The notes beneath the pieces are model-generated. The model made no database searches. It had not been told where the DNA came from and was given only the letters and a program-made list of their open reading frames with translations. The position numbers and the translations under genes are program-made. A DNA stretch of 58,950 bases from Verrucomicrobiales bacterium (GTDB taxonomy: Bacteria; Verrucomicrobiota; Verrucomicrobiia; Limisphaerales; UBA9464), in the NCBI GenBank assembly GCA_005793375.1, contig SXSK01000417.1:1-58950 (forward strand), given 5' to 3'. This document shows, piece by piece, positions 16,931-27,381 of the stretch (positions within the stretch are counted from its first letter, which is position 1; each line of letters opens with the position of its first letter).

Positions 16931-19900
16931 TCCGAAAACAGGAAACGAAGGTCTTCCAGCGAAAGTCCCTGGGCGAAACGTTCTTCGCCCAAGATGGCAT
17001 CCGCCAGATCACTCTTCGTCTGTTGCAGTTTGCGGATCTTCTCCTCGATGCTGTCCTTGATGAGCAGACGATACGCGATGACCTTCTGTTTTTGGCCAAT
17101 GCGATGTGTCCGGTCAATGGCTTGGTTTTCGACGGCTGGGTTCCACCAGGGATCAAATAGCACCACATAACTGGATGCCGTGAGATTGAGTCCGAAACCA
17201 CCCGCTTTGAGCGAGATCAGAAACACCGCGGCGCCATCGTAACTCTGAAATGACTTCACGAGGGACCCGCGGTCTTCGGTTTCACCAGCCAGGTAGAAAC
17301 TCTTCCACCCCTGCTCCGCCACCGACTTCTTAATCAGGTCGAGAGCACCGACAAATTGAGAAAACACCAACACCTTCTGCCCCTCTTCCATCAAGGGCTC
17401 GATGGTTTCAATCAGTGCTTCCATTTTCGCACTGCCAGCCTTGGAATCTGGATGGATGAGTTTCGGATGACAACAGATCTGTCTCAACCGCAAGAGGGAC
17501 GTCAGGACGTTGAATCGTTGTTTGTTGAGGGCTGCGGCGCTATTGATGCCGAGCAAGGACTGTTGGGCACGTTTGAGCTCGGCGCGGTACATCGATTTCT
17601 GCTCGCCTTCAAGTTCGCAGAATAGATCCTCCTCCACCCGATCCGGCAGATCCTTCGCGACTTGGGTTTTCGTTCGGCGCAACAAGAATGGACGCACGCG
17701 TGCCGAGAGACGGCGGCGGGCAAATTGATCGCCTTTGACATCAAACAGGCGAGAAAATTCGGTCCGACCACCCAGGGCACCCGGCATCGCGAAACTCATG
17801 AGACTCCACAAATCGAGCAGGCGATTTTCAATGGGTGTGCCACTGAGGACCAACCGGTGTTCCGTTTGCAAGGTGCGCGCGATAATGGCCGTCATTGAGG
17901 TGGGGTTTTTGATGTATTGCCCCTCGTCCAGTATCACCGCCAGAAATTCTATTTTGGCGAGGGATTCGCCAATCGTGCGCAACTGCGCATAGTTGATGAT
18001 ATGGATATCCGCGGAACCCGTGCTGGAGCGAAGTGATTTCACCTCGTCACCACCCCACACGCGGATCCGGAGGCCATCCACGAATCGTTCGCCTTCAGCG
18101 CGCCAGTTGTCGCACACCGACTTGGGGCAGACCACCAGTGTGGGGGCTACCGAACTGGAGCGACCCTTAATTTCCGCAGCCGCTCGCTCGCGCAGCCATG
18201 TCAACCAAGTGAGCGTTTGAATCGTTTTACCCAGCCCCATGTCATCCGCGAGTATGCCCCCAAATCGATTGGAACTCAGATAGGCCAGAAAATGGAAACC
18301 CTCCATTTGATACGGTCTCAGTTCTGCCCGAATGCACTTCGGAACGTCCGGAGTGACACGAGCCTGGAGTTCACGTGCACGCCGCTGTATCTGCTCGAAT
18401 TTTTCTCGGTCAAGAAACCGTTTGGCGCTGGGATCCGCCAATTGTAGCGCATGCAAGCGTTGGGGTTCGCTGGTGAGTTGATGCGGGTTCAACCCCAGTC
18501 GAGCCAGTTCCGCATCCTCCTCTTTGGACAATTGGAACTCGAGCTTGCGCCAGCCCTTTTCACCGAGGCGTACCCATTTGCCACGTGCATCCAACAGCAG
18601 CTTGATCTCTTCCGGCGACAAGGTCGTATCGGAGACGTTGACCAACACCTTAAGATCAAACCAATCAATGCCAGTCTCCTGAACATCCAGTCGAATCTCC
18701 CCGGAAACCTCGGCATGCAGGAAGGAGTTCAGTTCCCCCCTCAGTTCTACTCGGATTTCCGGAGCCAACGACTGGATGAAGGGAACGAAACTTTCCGGAA
18801 ATTTCTTGGTCAACCGCATCGACCACCGTTGCCAGGTATAGTCCCAACGGAAACCTCCGGATTCGACCAAAGACGGCAAATTGCCCAGCTTGGAATGGTC
18901 AAGGATCTCATAAACACTATCGGGGGTGGACTGGTTGTCCGAGGGCGGCCGGGGTACGTTCGGCTCTTGAATCACCGGCGTCCAGTGGGATCCATTCCAC
19001 CGTTCTCGGACATTGGTTTGAGGAGATTCGGCGAGGATATCGAGAAAACAATACTCGGCGTCGTTGCCTGCATAGGGTGCGGAGATCTCGGCGCGCAACA
19101 GCGGTGTAAGAGTCACTTTGCGCATGCGACTGGCTAATCGCTCCGGCAAGGGCGCCTGAATTTGCTGCAAAAACTTCAAGCCTTGCAGGGTCTCCAATGC
19201 CGCCGCGGGAATCCGAGTTTGGACAAGCGGATCGAAACCCAGGGTCGGCACCGCGGGGCCACTGTAGATCTTGTCCGGGGTCACAAACAGCATGGGTCGC
19301 CCCGGCAACCGCAGGTAAACTTCCTTGAGTTCGCCACCGCCTGGCGCGACCAGCTGGAGGACATAATATCCTCCAGCGGTTTCGGGTGGTGACATGGTCC
19401 ACGACAATGGATCGGGCACACGTTCCAGTGGGGCTCCCGACTTTCCGACGATAAAGGGATTCAACAACGGCAGACGCAACAATCGATTCAATGCATCCAG
19501 GGTGAAGACATCCTGATACTGGAGCTCGAGAGAATAGCCCATTTTGGCCCGTTGAACAAAGGTCTGCCACAACACACCCACTTCGGGAACGAGTTGATCG
19601 GCGTGGCGTTGATCGAATTCGACAAACTTCCTTGGTTTGATCGGAGCGAACTCTTCTTTGGCACCTTCTCGCCATTCCACAACGGCCTCGGAAGTGCCCA
19701 GTCGAAGTCGCAACTCGAGACGTGCTGGTGTCTCTACTTGGCGGGGTTCCTCGTAAGGTGTTCGAGCCAGGAGGTCGCTCCACTGTTTCACTTCACGCTG
19801 GCGACGCCAGTGCTCGAGTTGAGATTCAATGAGGCTGAAGTCGGTGGCACTCTCCAGAAAGGGCGGGCCCTTGAGGCCATACTGAGCCAAATGATGGGCG

Positions 19901-20523
19901 ATGAATAGCCACAGTAGCTCTTCGGTTTCAGGGATCTGTGGAAAAATGTTGAGTCGATCCCAGGATAATCCTGGAATTCGAAGCCCAAGGGAATAGAGGT
20001 CGGCATTGTGAAGAAACTGGGTCCGCTTTAGGCTTGAGTGAAGTTGCTTAAGGCGCTCCAGGAATTGGGTTTCTGTGTGCTCCAGCGGCCTACCTAGCGT
20101 GCGCTCGACTTTGGCAGAGAACGTTTCCGGTTCGGGCGGCGGTTTCGACTCAGCCGTCGGAACGTCAGCGGACCCCTGGGTTGGCGGTTTGGGCTGCTTC
20201 TCCAAACCGTGCGCTTCAATCAACGATTTCAGCGCCGCGTAGCCATGAAGACAAAGCTCACCGCTTGCGCCAACCGAGCAATCGCAGCCAGTTTCCCATC
20301 GACCCCGTCCATGGTGGTAACGGATCTGAACCCGCCTTGGGTCTTCGCCCCCGACCTGGATGGAGTACTTTGAACCCGCCTTGACGGTCTCAGGCTTCTC
20401 TACAAAGCCCCCTGACATCAGCAGATCCCCCTGCTTTTGACCCTCGGCCGAGGCCAGTCGCAACTCCGAGCGCGCCGCTTTCAGGTTATTTAATTTGATC
20501 AAACTCGTTCCACCATCGTCCAT
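16927..20523 (-). CDS. SWIM zinc-finger SNF2-family helicase/ATPase
   Basis: CDC...CLH SWIM motif; LADDMGLGKT, DEGQ, SGTPIEN, SLKAGGFGLNL, QAIDRTHRIGQ; GGAG before ATG; 4-bp tail overlap with the S46 gene. Confidence 0.93.
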   Translation of the reverse strand: MDDGGTSLIKLNNLKAARSELRLASAEGQKQGDLLMSGGFVEKPETVKAGSKYSIQVGGEDPRRVQIRYHHGRGRWETGCDCSVGASGELCLHGYAALKSLIEAHGLEKQPKPPTQGSADVPTAESKPPPEPETFSAKVERTLGRPLEHTETQFLERLKQLHSSLKRTQFLHNADLYSLGLRIPGLSWDRLNIFPQIPETEELLWLFIAHHLAQYGLKGPPFLESATDFSLIESQLEHWRRQREVKQWSDLLARTPYEEPRQVETPARLELRLRLGTSEAVVEWREGAKEEFAPIKPRKFVEFDQRHADQLVPEVGVLWQTFVQRAKMGYSLELQYQDVFTLDALNRLLRLPLLNPFIVGKSGAPLERVPDPLSWTMSPPETAGGYYVLQLVAPGGGELKEVYLRLPGRPMLFVTPDKIYSGPAVPTLGFDPLVQTRIPAAALETLQGLKFLQQIQAPLPERLASRMRKVTLTPLLRAEISAPYAGNDAEYCFLDILAESPQTNVRERWNGSHWTPVIQEPNVPRPPSDNQSTPDSVYEILDHSKLGNLPSLVESGGFRWDYTWQRWSMRLTKKFPESFVPFIQSLAPEIRVELRGELNSFLHAEVSGEIRLDVQETGIDWFDLKVLVNVSDTTLSPEEIKLLLDARGKWVRLGEKGWRKLEFQLSKEEDAELARLGLNPHQLTSEPQRLHALQLADPSAKRFLDREKFEQIQRRARELQARVTPDVPKCIRAELRPYQMEGFHFLAYLSSNRFGGILADDMGLGKTIQTLTWLTWLRERAAAEIKGRSSSVAPTLVVCPKSVCDNWRAEGERFVDGLRIRVWGGDEVKSLRSSTGSADIHIINYAQLRTIGESLAKIEFLAVILDEGQYIKNPTSMTAIIARTLQTEHRLVLSGTPIENRLLDLWSLMSFAMPGALGGRTEFSRLFDVKGDQFARRRLSARVRPFLLRRTKTQVAKDLPDRVEEDLFCELEGEQKSMYRAELKRAQQSLLGINSAAALNKQRFNVLTSLLRLRQICCHPKLIHPDSKAGSAKMEALIETIEPLMEEGQKVLVFSQFVGALDLIKKSVAEQGWKSFYLAGETEDRGSLVKSFQSYDGAAVFLISLKAGGFGLNLTASSYVVLFDPWWNPAVENQAIDRTHRIGQKQKVIAYRLLIKDSIEEKIRKLQQTKSDLADAILGEERFAQGLSLEDLRFLFSD

Positions 20524-20656
20524 TTCTCCGGGAGCTTAGGTGGAAAGCTCCTGTGGACAAGCCTCCCATGACGGCGCACTAAAATTATCCAAGAAGGGTT
20601 TTCCCTGCTTGCCGCGAATGTCGACTCTTTCGCACCCTGGCCCGAGAATCTCTTTC

Positions 20657-22252
20657 ATGAACTCAAATTCATCCAGCGGCCAACCTCCATGGTGGCGAGA
20701 GTTGAACCGGTATCACTGGTTCGTCCTGATCGTTGCCGCCTTGGGATGGCTATTCGATTGTCTGGACCAACAACTGTTCCTTTTGGCACGCGTGCCGGCC
20801 ATGAAGTCGCTGCTGTTGCCCGGGATGAATGTCCCGGAGTACAGCGGATACGCCACCTCGATCTTCCTGATAGGCTGGGCCACCGGCGGCCTCACGTTTG
20901 GCGTGCTCGGAGATCGCATTGGGCGTGCTCGTACCATGATGCTCACCATCTTGATCTACTCCGTCTGCACCGGCCTCAGCGCTCTGTCGACCAGTTTCTG
21001 GGATTTTGCCGCCTACCGCTTCCTCACCGGTCTCGGTGTTGGCGGTGAGTTCGCGGTGGGGGTCGCTCTCGTCGCCGAGGTGATGCCTGATCGCGCCAGG
21101 CCGTACGCTTTGGGTTTATTGCAGGCACTTTCGGCCGTCGGCAATATCTCCGCGGCGTTGATCAGCATTGCGTTTGGTGATCTGGAAACCTCAGGGATCA
21201 TTAAAGCTGGCACGGGTTGGAAATGGATGTTTTTGGTGGGAGCACTCCCCGCGCTCCTGGCTTTGGTGGTCCGGGCACGTCTCAAGGAACCTGAACGATG
21301 GCAACAAGCGCAGTCGAACGTCGATTCCCGCAAGCGCCTGGGTTCCTACGGTGAATTGTTCGGCAATCCCCATTGGAAAATACCCGCCTCCCTTGCGGGT
21401 GTTTGTATCGCTTCGATCATCGCCATGGCATTCGCCGGCCCAAAGTCATGGCCCAAATTGGAGATCGGGCTGGGCCTCGCTCTCGGCGCCATCGCGTTCG
21501 GATTGTGGACCGTCTACGGCGGCGGCAACAAACATGCCACCCCCTGGCGGCGGCGCGCCGTTGTCGGACTTTGCCTCGCTCTCGCCGGTGTCATCGGGCT
21601 TTGGGGAATTGCCTTCTTCAGTTTCGACCTCGTCCGCCTCGTGTTCCGCACCGCCTTCACCGCACAGGGTTACTCCGAAGCCGAAATTGCCGGAAAACTT
21701 ACCGTTTGGGTCGGCGTCACCTCGATCATGCAAAACGTCGGCGGGTTCTTGGGCATTTACGCCTTCGGCGTGTTCACGCAACGGGTCGGACGGCGTCCCG
21801 CCTTCGCACTGGCGTTCGTGCTCGCCATGTTGACTACCGCCGCCGTGTTCTGGTTCTTGCGCCCAGGGGCGGTCACTGGCCGACTCGACTTTTGGCAGCA
21901 GATCGCCTGCTTCCATCAAATTTTCTGGCTCATTCCTCTGATGGGCTTCTGCCAACTTGCGGTTTTTGGCGGTTACGCCATTTATTTTCCCGAGCTCTTC
22001 CCAACCAACCTCCGCAGTACAGGAACTTCGTTCTGCTACAACGTCGGTCGATTTATCGCGGCTTCGGGTCCGACCTTACTCGGCTTGCTCACCAGTCGGG
22101 TCTTTACTGTCGACCGCGGATATCCGGAGGGCATGCGTTACGCCGGATTGGCCATGTGCTCGGTATTTCTCATCGGCCTCATTGCCTTGCCATTCGCGCC
22201 CGAAACACGCGGCGAACCTCTCCCGGAAGACGAACGGGGCTTTTCTCATTAA
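20657..22252 (+). CDS. MFS transporter
   Basis: GVLGDRIGRAR motif A, RFLTGLGVGGEF, PELFPTNLR, PETRG; probable start MNSNSS. Confidence 0.92.
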   Translation: MNSNSSSGQPPWWRELNRYHWFVLIVAALGWLFDCLDQQLFLLARVPAMKSLLLPGMNVPEYSGYATSIFLIGWATGGLTFGVLGDRIGRARTMMLTILIYSVCTGLSALSTSFWDFAAYRFLTGLGVGGEFAVGVALVAEVMPDRARPYALGLLQALSAVGNISAALISIAFGDLETSGIIKAGTGWKWMFLVGALPALLALVVRARLKEPERWQQAQSNVDSRKRLGSYGELFGNPHWKIPASLAGVCIASIIAMAFAGPKSWPKLEIGLGLALGAIAFGLWTVYGGGNKHATPWRRRAVVGLCLALAGVIGLWGIAFFSFDLVRLVFRTAFTAQGYSEAEIAGKLTVWVGVTSIMQNVGGFLGIYAFGVFTQRVGRRPAFALAFVLAMLTTAAVFWFLRPGAVTGRLDFWQQIACFHQIFWLIPLMGFCQLAVFGGYAIYFPELFPTNLRSTGTSFCYNVGRFIAASGPTLLGLLTSRVFTVDRGYPEGMRYAGLAMCSVFLIGLIALPFAPETRGEPLPEDERGFSH

Positions 22253-22386
22253 ACGCAAGCCAACCCATCGCTTGAGTCGTTGTCGGCAATTGGATTCCGA
22301 GGGGCCAGCGGGGTCGTGGCCCCAAAATCACGGTGTTGCCTGTCACTTTTCGAGCAAGTATCCTTGTCCACCGACAGACCGGGCAC

Positions 22387-23592
22387 ATGAGGTTTCTCTT
22401 CTTAACTCCAGGGCTCCATCCCGATCATCATGGGAGTATCCCCCGCTACGCCACCGAGGCGGCGGAGTTATTGGCTTCGCGCGGCCATGAGGTCCACGTG
22501 CTAACTCTGGATCCAGATTCAGCCCTCACCGACATCCAACTCAGAAATGGAACCCGAATTTATCGAATCAGAACCCATCGAGGTGCTCCTTTGTCTAATT
22601 GGGGGGAAATCACCCGCGACCTTCGTTACTGGGTCAAAAAGCTGCTCCGTGAAACGAATCTGGAGACGCTGCTCGCCACGCATCATGCCTATTTTGAACG
22701 GACTCTTCGCGGATACCGCTACGCCGTAACGGCGCATCGTCCTTGGCATCAGGAATGCGAGATCACTTCCTCAGGACACTCCGATACAATATTCGGCCGG
22801 ATTCGATTTCGCTGGTTGAGTCGGAGATTGAAGGCCATTGAGCGGCATTTATTCGAAAACGCCAATCGGATCTTCGTTTCAAGCCCTTCAGCGCAAGAAT
22901 CCATTCGCACGACCCATCCATCACTCGGAACCCGCGTCCAAGTAGTGGTACCAGGCGTCAATCCCATCCGGTTTCACGATCCAGGGGATCGTTCGGGGAT
23001 CCGCGCACAGCTGGGAGTTCAATCGTCGGATTTCGTTTTCTTGGTTGTGAGCCGCCTGGAATCGCAGTGCGGACTGGACGAATTACTGGAAGCTTTCGGA
23101 TCCACTCTCAGGGCCCAAACCAACGCCCGACTATGGATTGCCGGTCGGGGCAGCCTAGGGCCAAAACTTGAACGGCGCATTGCCCAACTTGGAATTGGAG
23201 GCCAGACACGCCGGCTGGGAGTTCTGTCGGACGCTGAGTTGATTCAACACTACTCAGCTGCCAACGCCGTGCTCATCCCAAACAAGGTGATCCCGAGTGG
23301 CTCCATGGTCGCCGCCGAAGCTCTCGCCTGCGGGACACCCATACTTGCCTGCCGAACGACGATTTCTGGACAATGGATTCCACCACAGCTTCCTCAGTGC
23401 GTTGCCGATCCAGGCCCCGAGGCATTTTCCTTGCGAATGCAACAATGGGCTTCTGGGAATCCACCACCACCCTTGGTGTTACACCCTTCGCCAAACTCCC
23501 GAGGAACTGAGGATTGGAGTGCCGTCGCCGACGCTTTTGAACAGGCCTGGGAGGACTTCTCCACACCCCCGAATCTCCCAGTGAGAAAGTAA
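22387..23592 (+). CDS. Glycosyltransferase family 4 (GT-B), divergent
   Basis: LASRGHEVHVLT, PGVNPIRF, LWIAGRG, EALACGTP. Confidence 0.82.
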   Translation: MRFLFLTPGLHPDHHGSIPRYATEAAELLASRGHEVHVLTLDPDSALTDIQLRNGTRIYRIRTHRGAPLSNWGEITRDLRYWVKKLLRETNLETLLATHHAYFERTLRGYRYAVTAHRPWHQECEITSSGHSDTIFGRIRFRWLSRRLKAIERHLFENANRIFVSSPSAQESIRTTHPSLGTRVQVVVPGVNPIRFHDPGDRSGIRAQLGVQSSDFVFLVVSRLESQCGLDELLEAFGSTLRAQTNARLWIAGRGSLGPKLERRIAQLGIGGQTRRLGVLSDAELIQHYSAANAVLIPNKVIPSGSMVAAEALACGTPILACRTTISGQWIPPQLPQCVADPGPEAFSLRMQQWASGNPPPPLVLHPSPNSRGTEDWSAVADAFEQAWEDFSTPPNLPVRK

Positions 23593-23598
23593 TCCCTG

Positions 23599-24798
23599 AT
23601 GATCGACCTCGATACAGCCCGACAACGGCTATTGAAACTGCTTGTCCCATTGCCGACAGAACGGATCAAGCTGAACCAAGCCTTGGGACGAGTAGCCGCT
23701 GACGCGGTGTGCTCCGCTATCCACCTCCCGCGTTTCGACAACTCGGCCATGGATGGATATGCGGTGAGGGCCGAAGATACCACCAAGGCTTCAGCAGAGT
23801 CTCCCGTCACCCTCCAACTCATCGGAGAAGCGCCAGCTGGCTGCGTCTTTGCAGGAGAACTGATCCCTGGGACCAGCGTCCGAGTCTTTACCGGATCCCC
23901 ATTGCCCAAAGGCGCCAACGCCGTGGTGATGCAGGAGGATATCGAGCGATATTCGTCGTCATGCATTCGGGTGCGAGAGGCAATCACTCCGTGGGAGTCC
24001 GTCCGATTTCAAGGCGAGGACGTCAAGCTCGGCGCGTCGGTGATCACCCCTGGAACCCGAGTGTCTATCGGGCATATCGCCTTGCTGGCAGCGTGTGGCA
24101 TCGACTCGCTCGAAGTGCGCCGGCAGCCCCGCGTAGCCCTGTTGACAACGGGTACAGAACTGCGCCCGCCAGGCACACTGTTGGGGCCAGGGGAAATCTA
24201 CGAGAGCAATTCCGTGGCTCTCGGTTCCCTGGTTCAACGAGCTGGTGGCATTCCGGTCCCACAACCGCACGTCGGGGACGATCGCCGAGCGATCGCCGCA
24301 GCCCTTCGCACAGCGTTCGAAAAAGCGGATGTCGTATTAACCGCAGGGGGTGCCTCTGTCGGCGATCACGACCTCGTCCGGGATGCCCTGACCGACATCG
24401 GTGGCAGCGTGGAGTTCTGGCGGATCGCCATGAAGCCCGGGAAACCCTTTTTTCATGGGCGCTGGCTGGGAAAGACACTCTTGGGTGTCCCCGGCAACCC
24501 CGTGTCTGCAGTGGTCACCGCATTGATGCTGGTTCACCCCGCGTTGAGACAATTACAGGGGGATGCCGACGTATCGCCTCCGCAAACTCGGGGACTGCTG
24601 GTTGAACCCGTCGTCAACCGCGATAAACGCCGCCATTTTATGCGTGTCCAGGTCGATGCAGCTGGGCGAGTCTGCCTAACTGGCGTTCAAGCGTCACATG
24701 TTTTGAGCTCGTTGGCACGAGCGAACGGCGTGATGGATGTCCCCCCGGAGACGACACTTCCCAGCGGAACCATGGTCACTGTTTATCACTTGGCCTGA
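23599..24798 (+). CDS. moeA: Molybdopterin molybdotransferase
   Basis: FDNSAMDGYA, TGSPLPKGANAVVMQE, GGASVGDHD, KPGKP, PGNPVS. Confidence 0.95.
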   Translation: MIDLDTARQRLLKLLVPLPTERIKLNQALGRVAADAVCSAIHLPRFDNSAMDGYAVRAEDTTKASAESPVTLQLIGEAPAGCVFAGELIPGTSVRVFTGSPLPKGANAVVMQEDIERYSSSCIRVREAITPWESVRFQGEDVKLGASVITPGTRVSIGHIALLAACGIDSLEVRRQPRVALLTTGTELRPPGTLLGPGEIYESNSVALGSLVQRAGGIPVPQPHVGDDRRAIAAALRTAFEKADVVLTAGGASVGDHDLVRDALTDIGGSVEFWRIAMKPGKPFFHGRWLGKTLLGVPGNPVSAVVTALMLVHPALRQLQGDADVSPPQTRGLLVEPVVNRDKRRHFMRVQVDAAGRVCLTGVQASHVLSSLARANGVMDVPPETTLPSGTMVTVYHLA

Positions 24799-24835
24799 CC
24801 AACCGAAGGGAACTAACGGGCGATAGTACCACCCG

Positions 24836-26155
24836 TCAGCCTAACTTCCAGCCGGCGCGATAATCGTGGTGGATGAAGCGATCCGCCTCAGGAAGACCCT
24901 TGGCTTTGAGCTTTAAGGCGTCCCATTCAATTCGGCGACCCAACCGAAAGGCAATATTTCCTAACAATCCGGCCTCGGTCAGGCGAGCGCCGTAGGCAAA
25001 AGGAGAATTCGTGCCGCCATGGGCGCTGAACTGCGGCAGCGCGTGATTTTCGCCCTTGCAGGCGCGGATCCATTCTTCGTGGTGCCCGATGGAATCCCCC
25101 ACTCGCTTGGGCGGCAAAGAAGCGTTGGGGAATCGATCTTCCGGAAGTAGGAGATAACGGCCATAATCTGCCAACAGCATCCCTTTGGCCCCCACAAACA
25201 ACGTGCCGCCTCCCCATTTGCTCAAGTCCGGAGTTCCCGCGACCTGAGGACGCGCCGTACCAGAATACCAAAACATGGTGACCGCAGGCATAGCACCGCG
25301 AGCGGGGAATTCATACCGCACTTTCATATAAGTCGGCGCACAATGCGCGTCGGGTTTCGGTCCTTCCGCTTCGATGGTGGTCGGATGCGTCAACTGCAGT
25401 GCCCAGAATCCGAGATCCATGTGATGACAACAAAAGTCGGAGAGAGTGCCCCCGCCAAAATGCCACCAGCGGCGCCAATTGAAATGCACCCATTCCGAGC
25501 TGTAAGGAACCGGCTGCACCGGCCCAATCCAATTCTCATAATCCAAGGTCGCCGGGATGGGCTCTCCCGTGGGAAACGGCTTGGTCTCCCAAACGTAACC
25601 CGCCCAATGGTGAACCTCGGCCACCGGGCCGATGATTCCTGACTGCACCAGTTCCACGACCCGGCGGTAATTGCTGGTGGCATGGATCTGGTTGCCCATC
25701 TGCGTCGGGAGTCCCGATTTTCTTGCGACGGCCTCGACACGTCGCAGCTCCGAAAGCGTATGGGTCAACGGCTTTTCGCAATACACCGGGCGCCCACTTT
25801 GCAGGGCTGCGATAGCGATCACCGCATGAGAGTGATCAGGAGTGCTGACCACGACGGCATCAATGTCCCCTTGCTCCAATAGGCGACGGAAATCTGAGTA
25901 GGTCTTGGCACTCGGAAACCGCGCGGCGGCACCATCCAACCGTTTCCGATCCACATCGCATAAGGCGACGATGTTTTGAGATTTAACTCCCTCCAGATTC
26001 TCGCCGCCGCGTCCGGCAACACCCACGATCCCGAGATTGAGTTTCTCATTGGCGGAAATACGACGGAGTGGCTTGGCGGTGGAACAGCCTAGCAACAGAG
26101 TTCCGGCGGCTGCTGAAGAAGAGTGCCAAAGAAACTGGCGACGCGTGGTTTTCAT
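24836..26155 (-). CDS. Tat-exported Gfo/Idh/MocA oxidoreductase
   Basis: MKTTRRQFL Tat signal; GIVGVAGRG; STPDHSH; YCEKP; DFCCHHMD. Confidence 0.9.
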   Translation of the reverse strand: MKTTRRQFLWHSSSAAAGTLLLGCSTAKPLRRISANEKLNLGIVGVAGRGGENLEGVKSQNIVALCDVDRKRLDGAAARFPSAKTYSDFRRLLEQGDIDAVVVSTPDHSHAVIAIAALQSGRPVYCEKPLTHTLSELRRVEAVARKSGLPTQMGNQIHATSNYRRVVELVQSGIIGPVAEVHHWAGYVWETKPFPTGEPIPATLDYENWIGPVQPVPYSSEWVHFNWRRWWHFGGGTLSDFCCHHMDLGFWALQLTHPTTIEAEGPKPDAHCAPTYMKVRYEFPARGAMPAVTMFWYSGTARPQVAGTPDLSKWGGGTLFVGAKGMLLADYGRYLLLPEDRFPNASLPPKRVGDSIGHHEEWIRACKGENHALPQFSAHGGTNSPFAYGARLTEAGLLGNIAFRLGRRIEWDALKLKAKGLPEADRFIHHDYRAGWKLG

Positions 26156-26247
26156 CAATTGGTATACAGGGAAGATGACTCGAATTGCCTCAGTTGTGCA
26201 AGCCACACAAGCGATCACTTCAAAAAAATTAAAACCGCCAAGGCCAA

Positions 26248-27381
26248 TTAGCGGCTGATCCAACCGCCACCGAGAACGAGGTCTTGGTCGTAAAAAACGC
26301 AGGCCTGACCGGGTGTCACGGCACGAGCCGGTTCTTTCAACCAGACGCGAGCGGACGATGGACCGGTGGGAGTCACTGTAGCCATCGCACCCGGATGGTT
26401 ATAACGAACTCGAGCCAAGCACTCGAATGATGCAGGCGGCGTGTCGTAGGGAATCCAATGGGTGTTTTGCACCTGAAACTCCGAGCACGCCAACAACGAT
26501 TCGTCGCCCACCACGACACGGTTTCTGGCGACGTCGAGGTCGACGACATATAACGGCTTGCCGGCCGCTATGCCCAAACCACGCCGCTGTCCCACCGTAT
26601 AGAACTCAATGCCGTCGTGCTCCCCTAACTTCTCACCGGAAAGGTCCACAATGTCGCCTCGATGCGGATGCACCAACCCTGCCTGTCTGAGAAAGCCGCC
26701 GTAATCGTTATCCGGCACAAAACAGATCTCCATGCTCTCTTCCTTATCGGCGGTCCTCAGGCCGCAATGTCGTGCGACATCGCGGGTATCCGCTTTGGTA
26801 TGCTCTCCCAAGGGGAAGACCGCTCGCTTTAATTGGTCTTGCCTGAGGCTAAACAGAAAGTAGCTCTGGTCCTTGCGGACATCGCGCCCCTTTTTGAGCA
26901 AAACCCGCGTCCCGTCGGCTGAGCGCTCCAGTCGCGCGAAATGGCCGGTCGCGATCCACTCCGCACCCAACTGCTTCGCGCGATCCAATAAGGCCCCGAA
27001 TTTGAGGTGTTGATTGCACATCACACAGGGGTTCGGTGTGCGCCCCGCTTTATATTCTTCGGCGAAGTACTGGATGACGCGGCGTTGGAATTCCCCGGAT
27101 TCATCCACGAGGTAATAGGGGATCCCGAGTTTCGCACACACGCTTCTGGCATCCATCACGGCTTGGGGCCCACAGCATTTATCCTCTGCCCGCGAGACGC
27201 AGTCTTGGGGCCAGAGTTTCAGGGTGACGCCGATCACGTCATAGCCCTGCTGTTGAAGGAGTGCGGCGGTACTCGACGAATCGACCCCTCCGGACATTCC
27301 CACGACGATGCGGGGTTTGCGGGAGGGACCGTTCGAGGAAATCGACGCGGGGACCGATGGGTTAAGGCTTGGGGAGGTCAC
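26248..27381 (-). CDS. mnmA: tRNA 2-thiouridine(34) synthase
   Basis: GMSGGVDSS, TPNPCVMCN, ATGH, KDQSYFL, ICF, TVGQRRG, TPGQ; probable GTG start at 27381 after GGAGA. Confidence 0.96.
   Translation of the reverse strand: MTSPSLNPSVPASISSNGPSRKPRIVVGMSGGVDSSSTAALLQQQGYDVIGVTLKLWPQDCVSRAEDKCCGPQAVMDARSVCAKLGIPYYLVDESGEFQRRVIQYFAEEYKAGRTPNPCVMCNQHLKFGALLDRAKQLGAEWIATGHFARLERSADGTRVLLKKGRDVRKDQSYFLFSLRQDQLKRAVFPLGEHTKADTRDVARHCGLRTADKEESMEICFVPDNDYGGFLRQAGLVHPHRGDIVDLSGEKLGEHDGIEFYTVGQRRGLGIAAGKPLYVVDLDVARNRVVVGDESLLACSEFQVQNTHWIPYDTPPASFECLARVRYNHPGAMATVTPTGPSSARVWLKEPARAVTPGQACVFYDQDLVLGGGWISR

Noticed and set aside
16927..20523. SNF2 helicase as part of an anti-phage system
   Set aside because: SWIM-SNF2 architecture is a common stand-alone type; no methylase, nuclease or other defence genes adjacent
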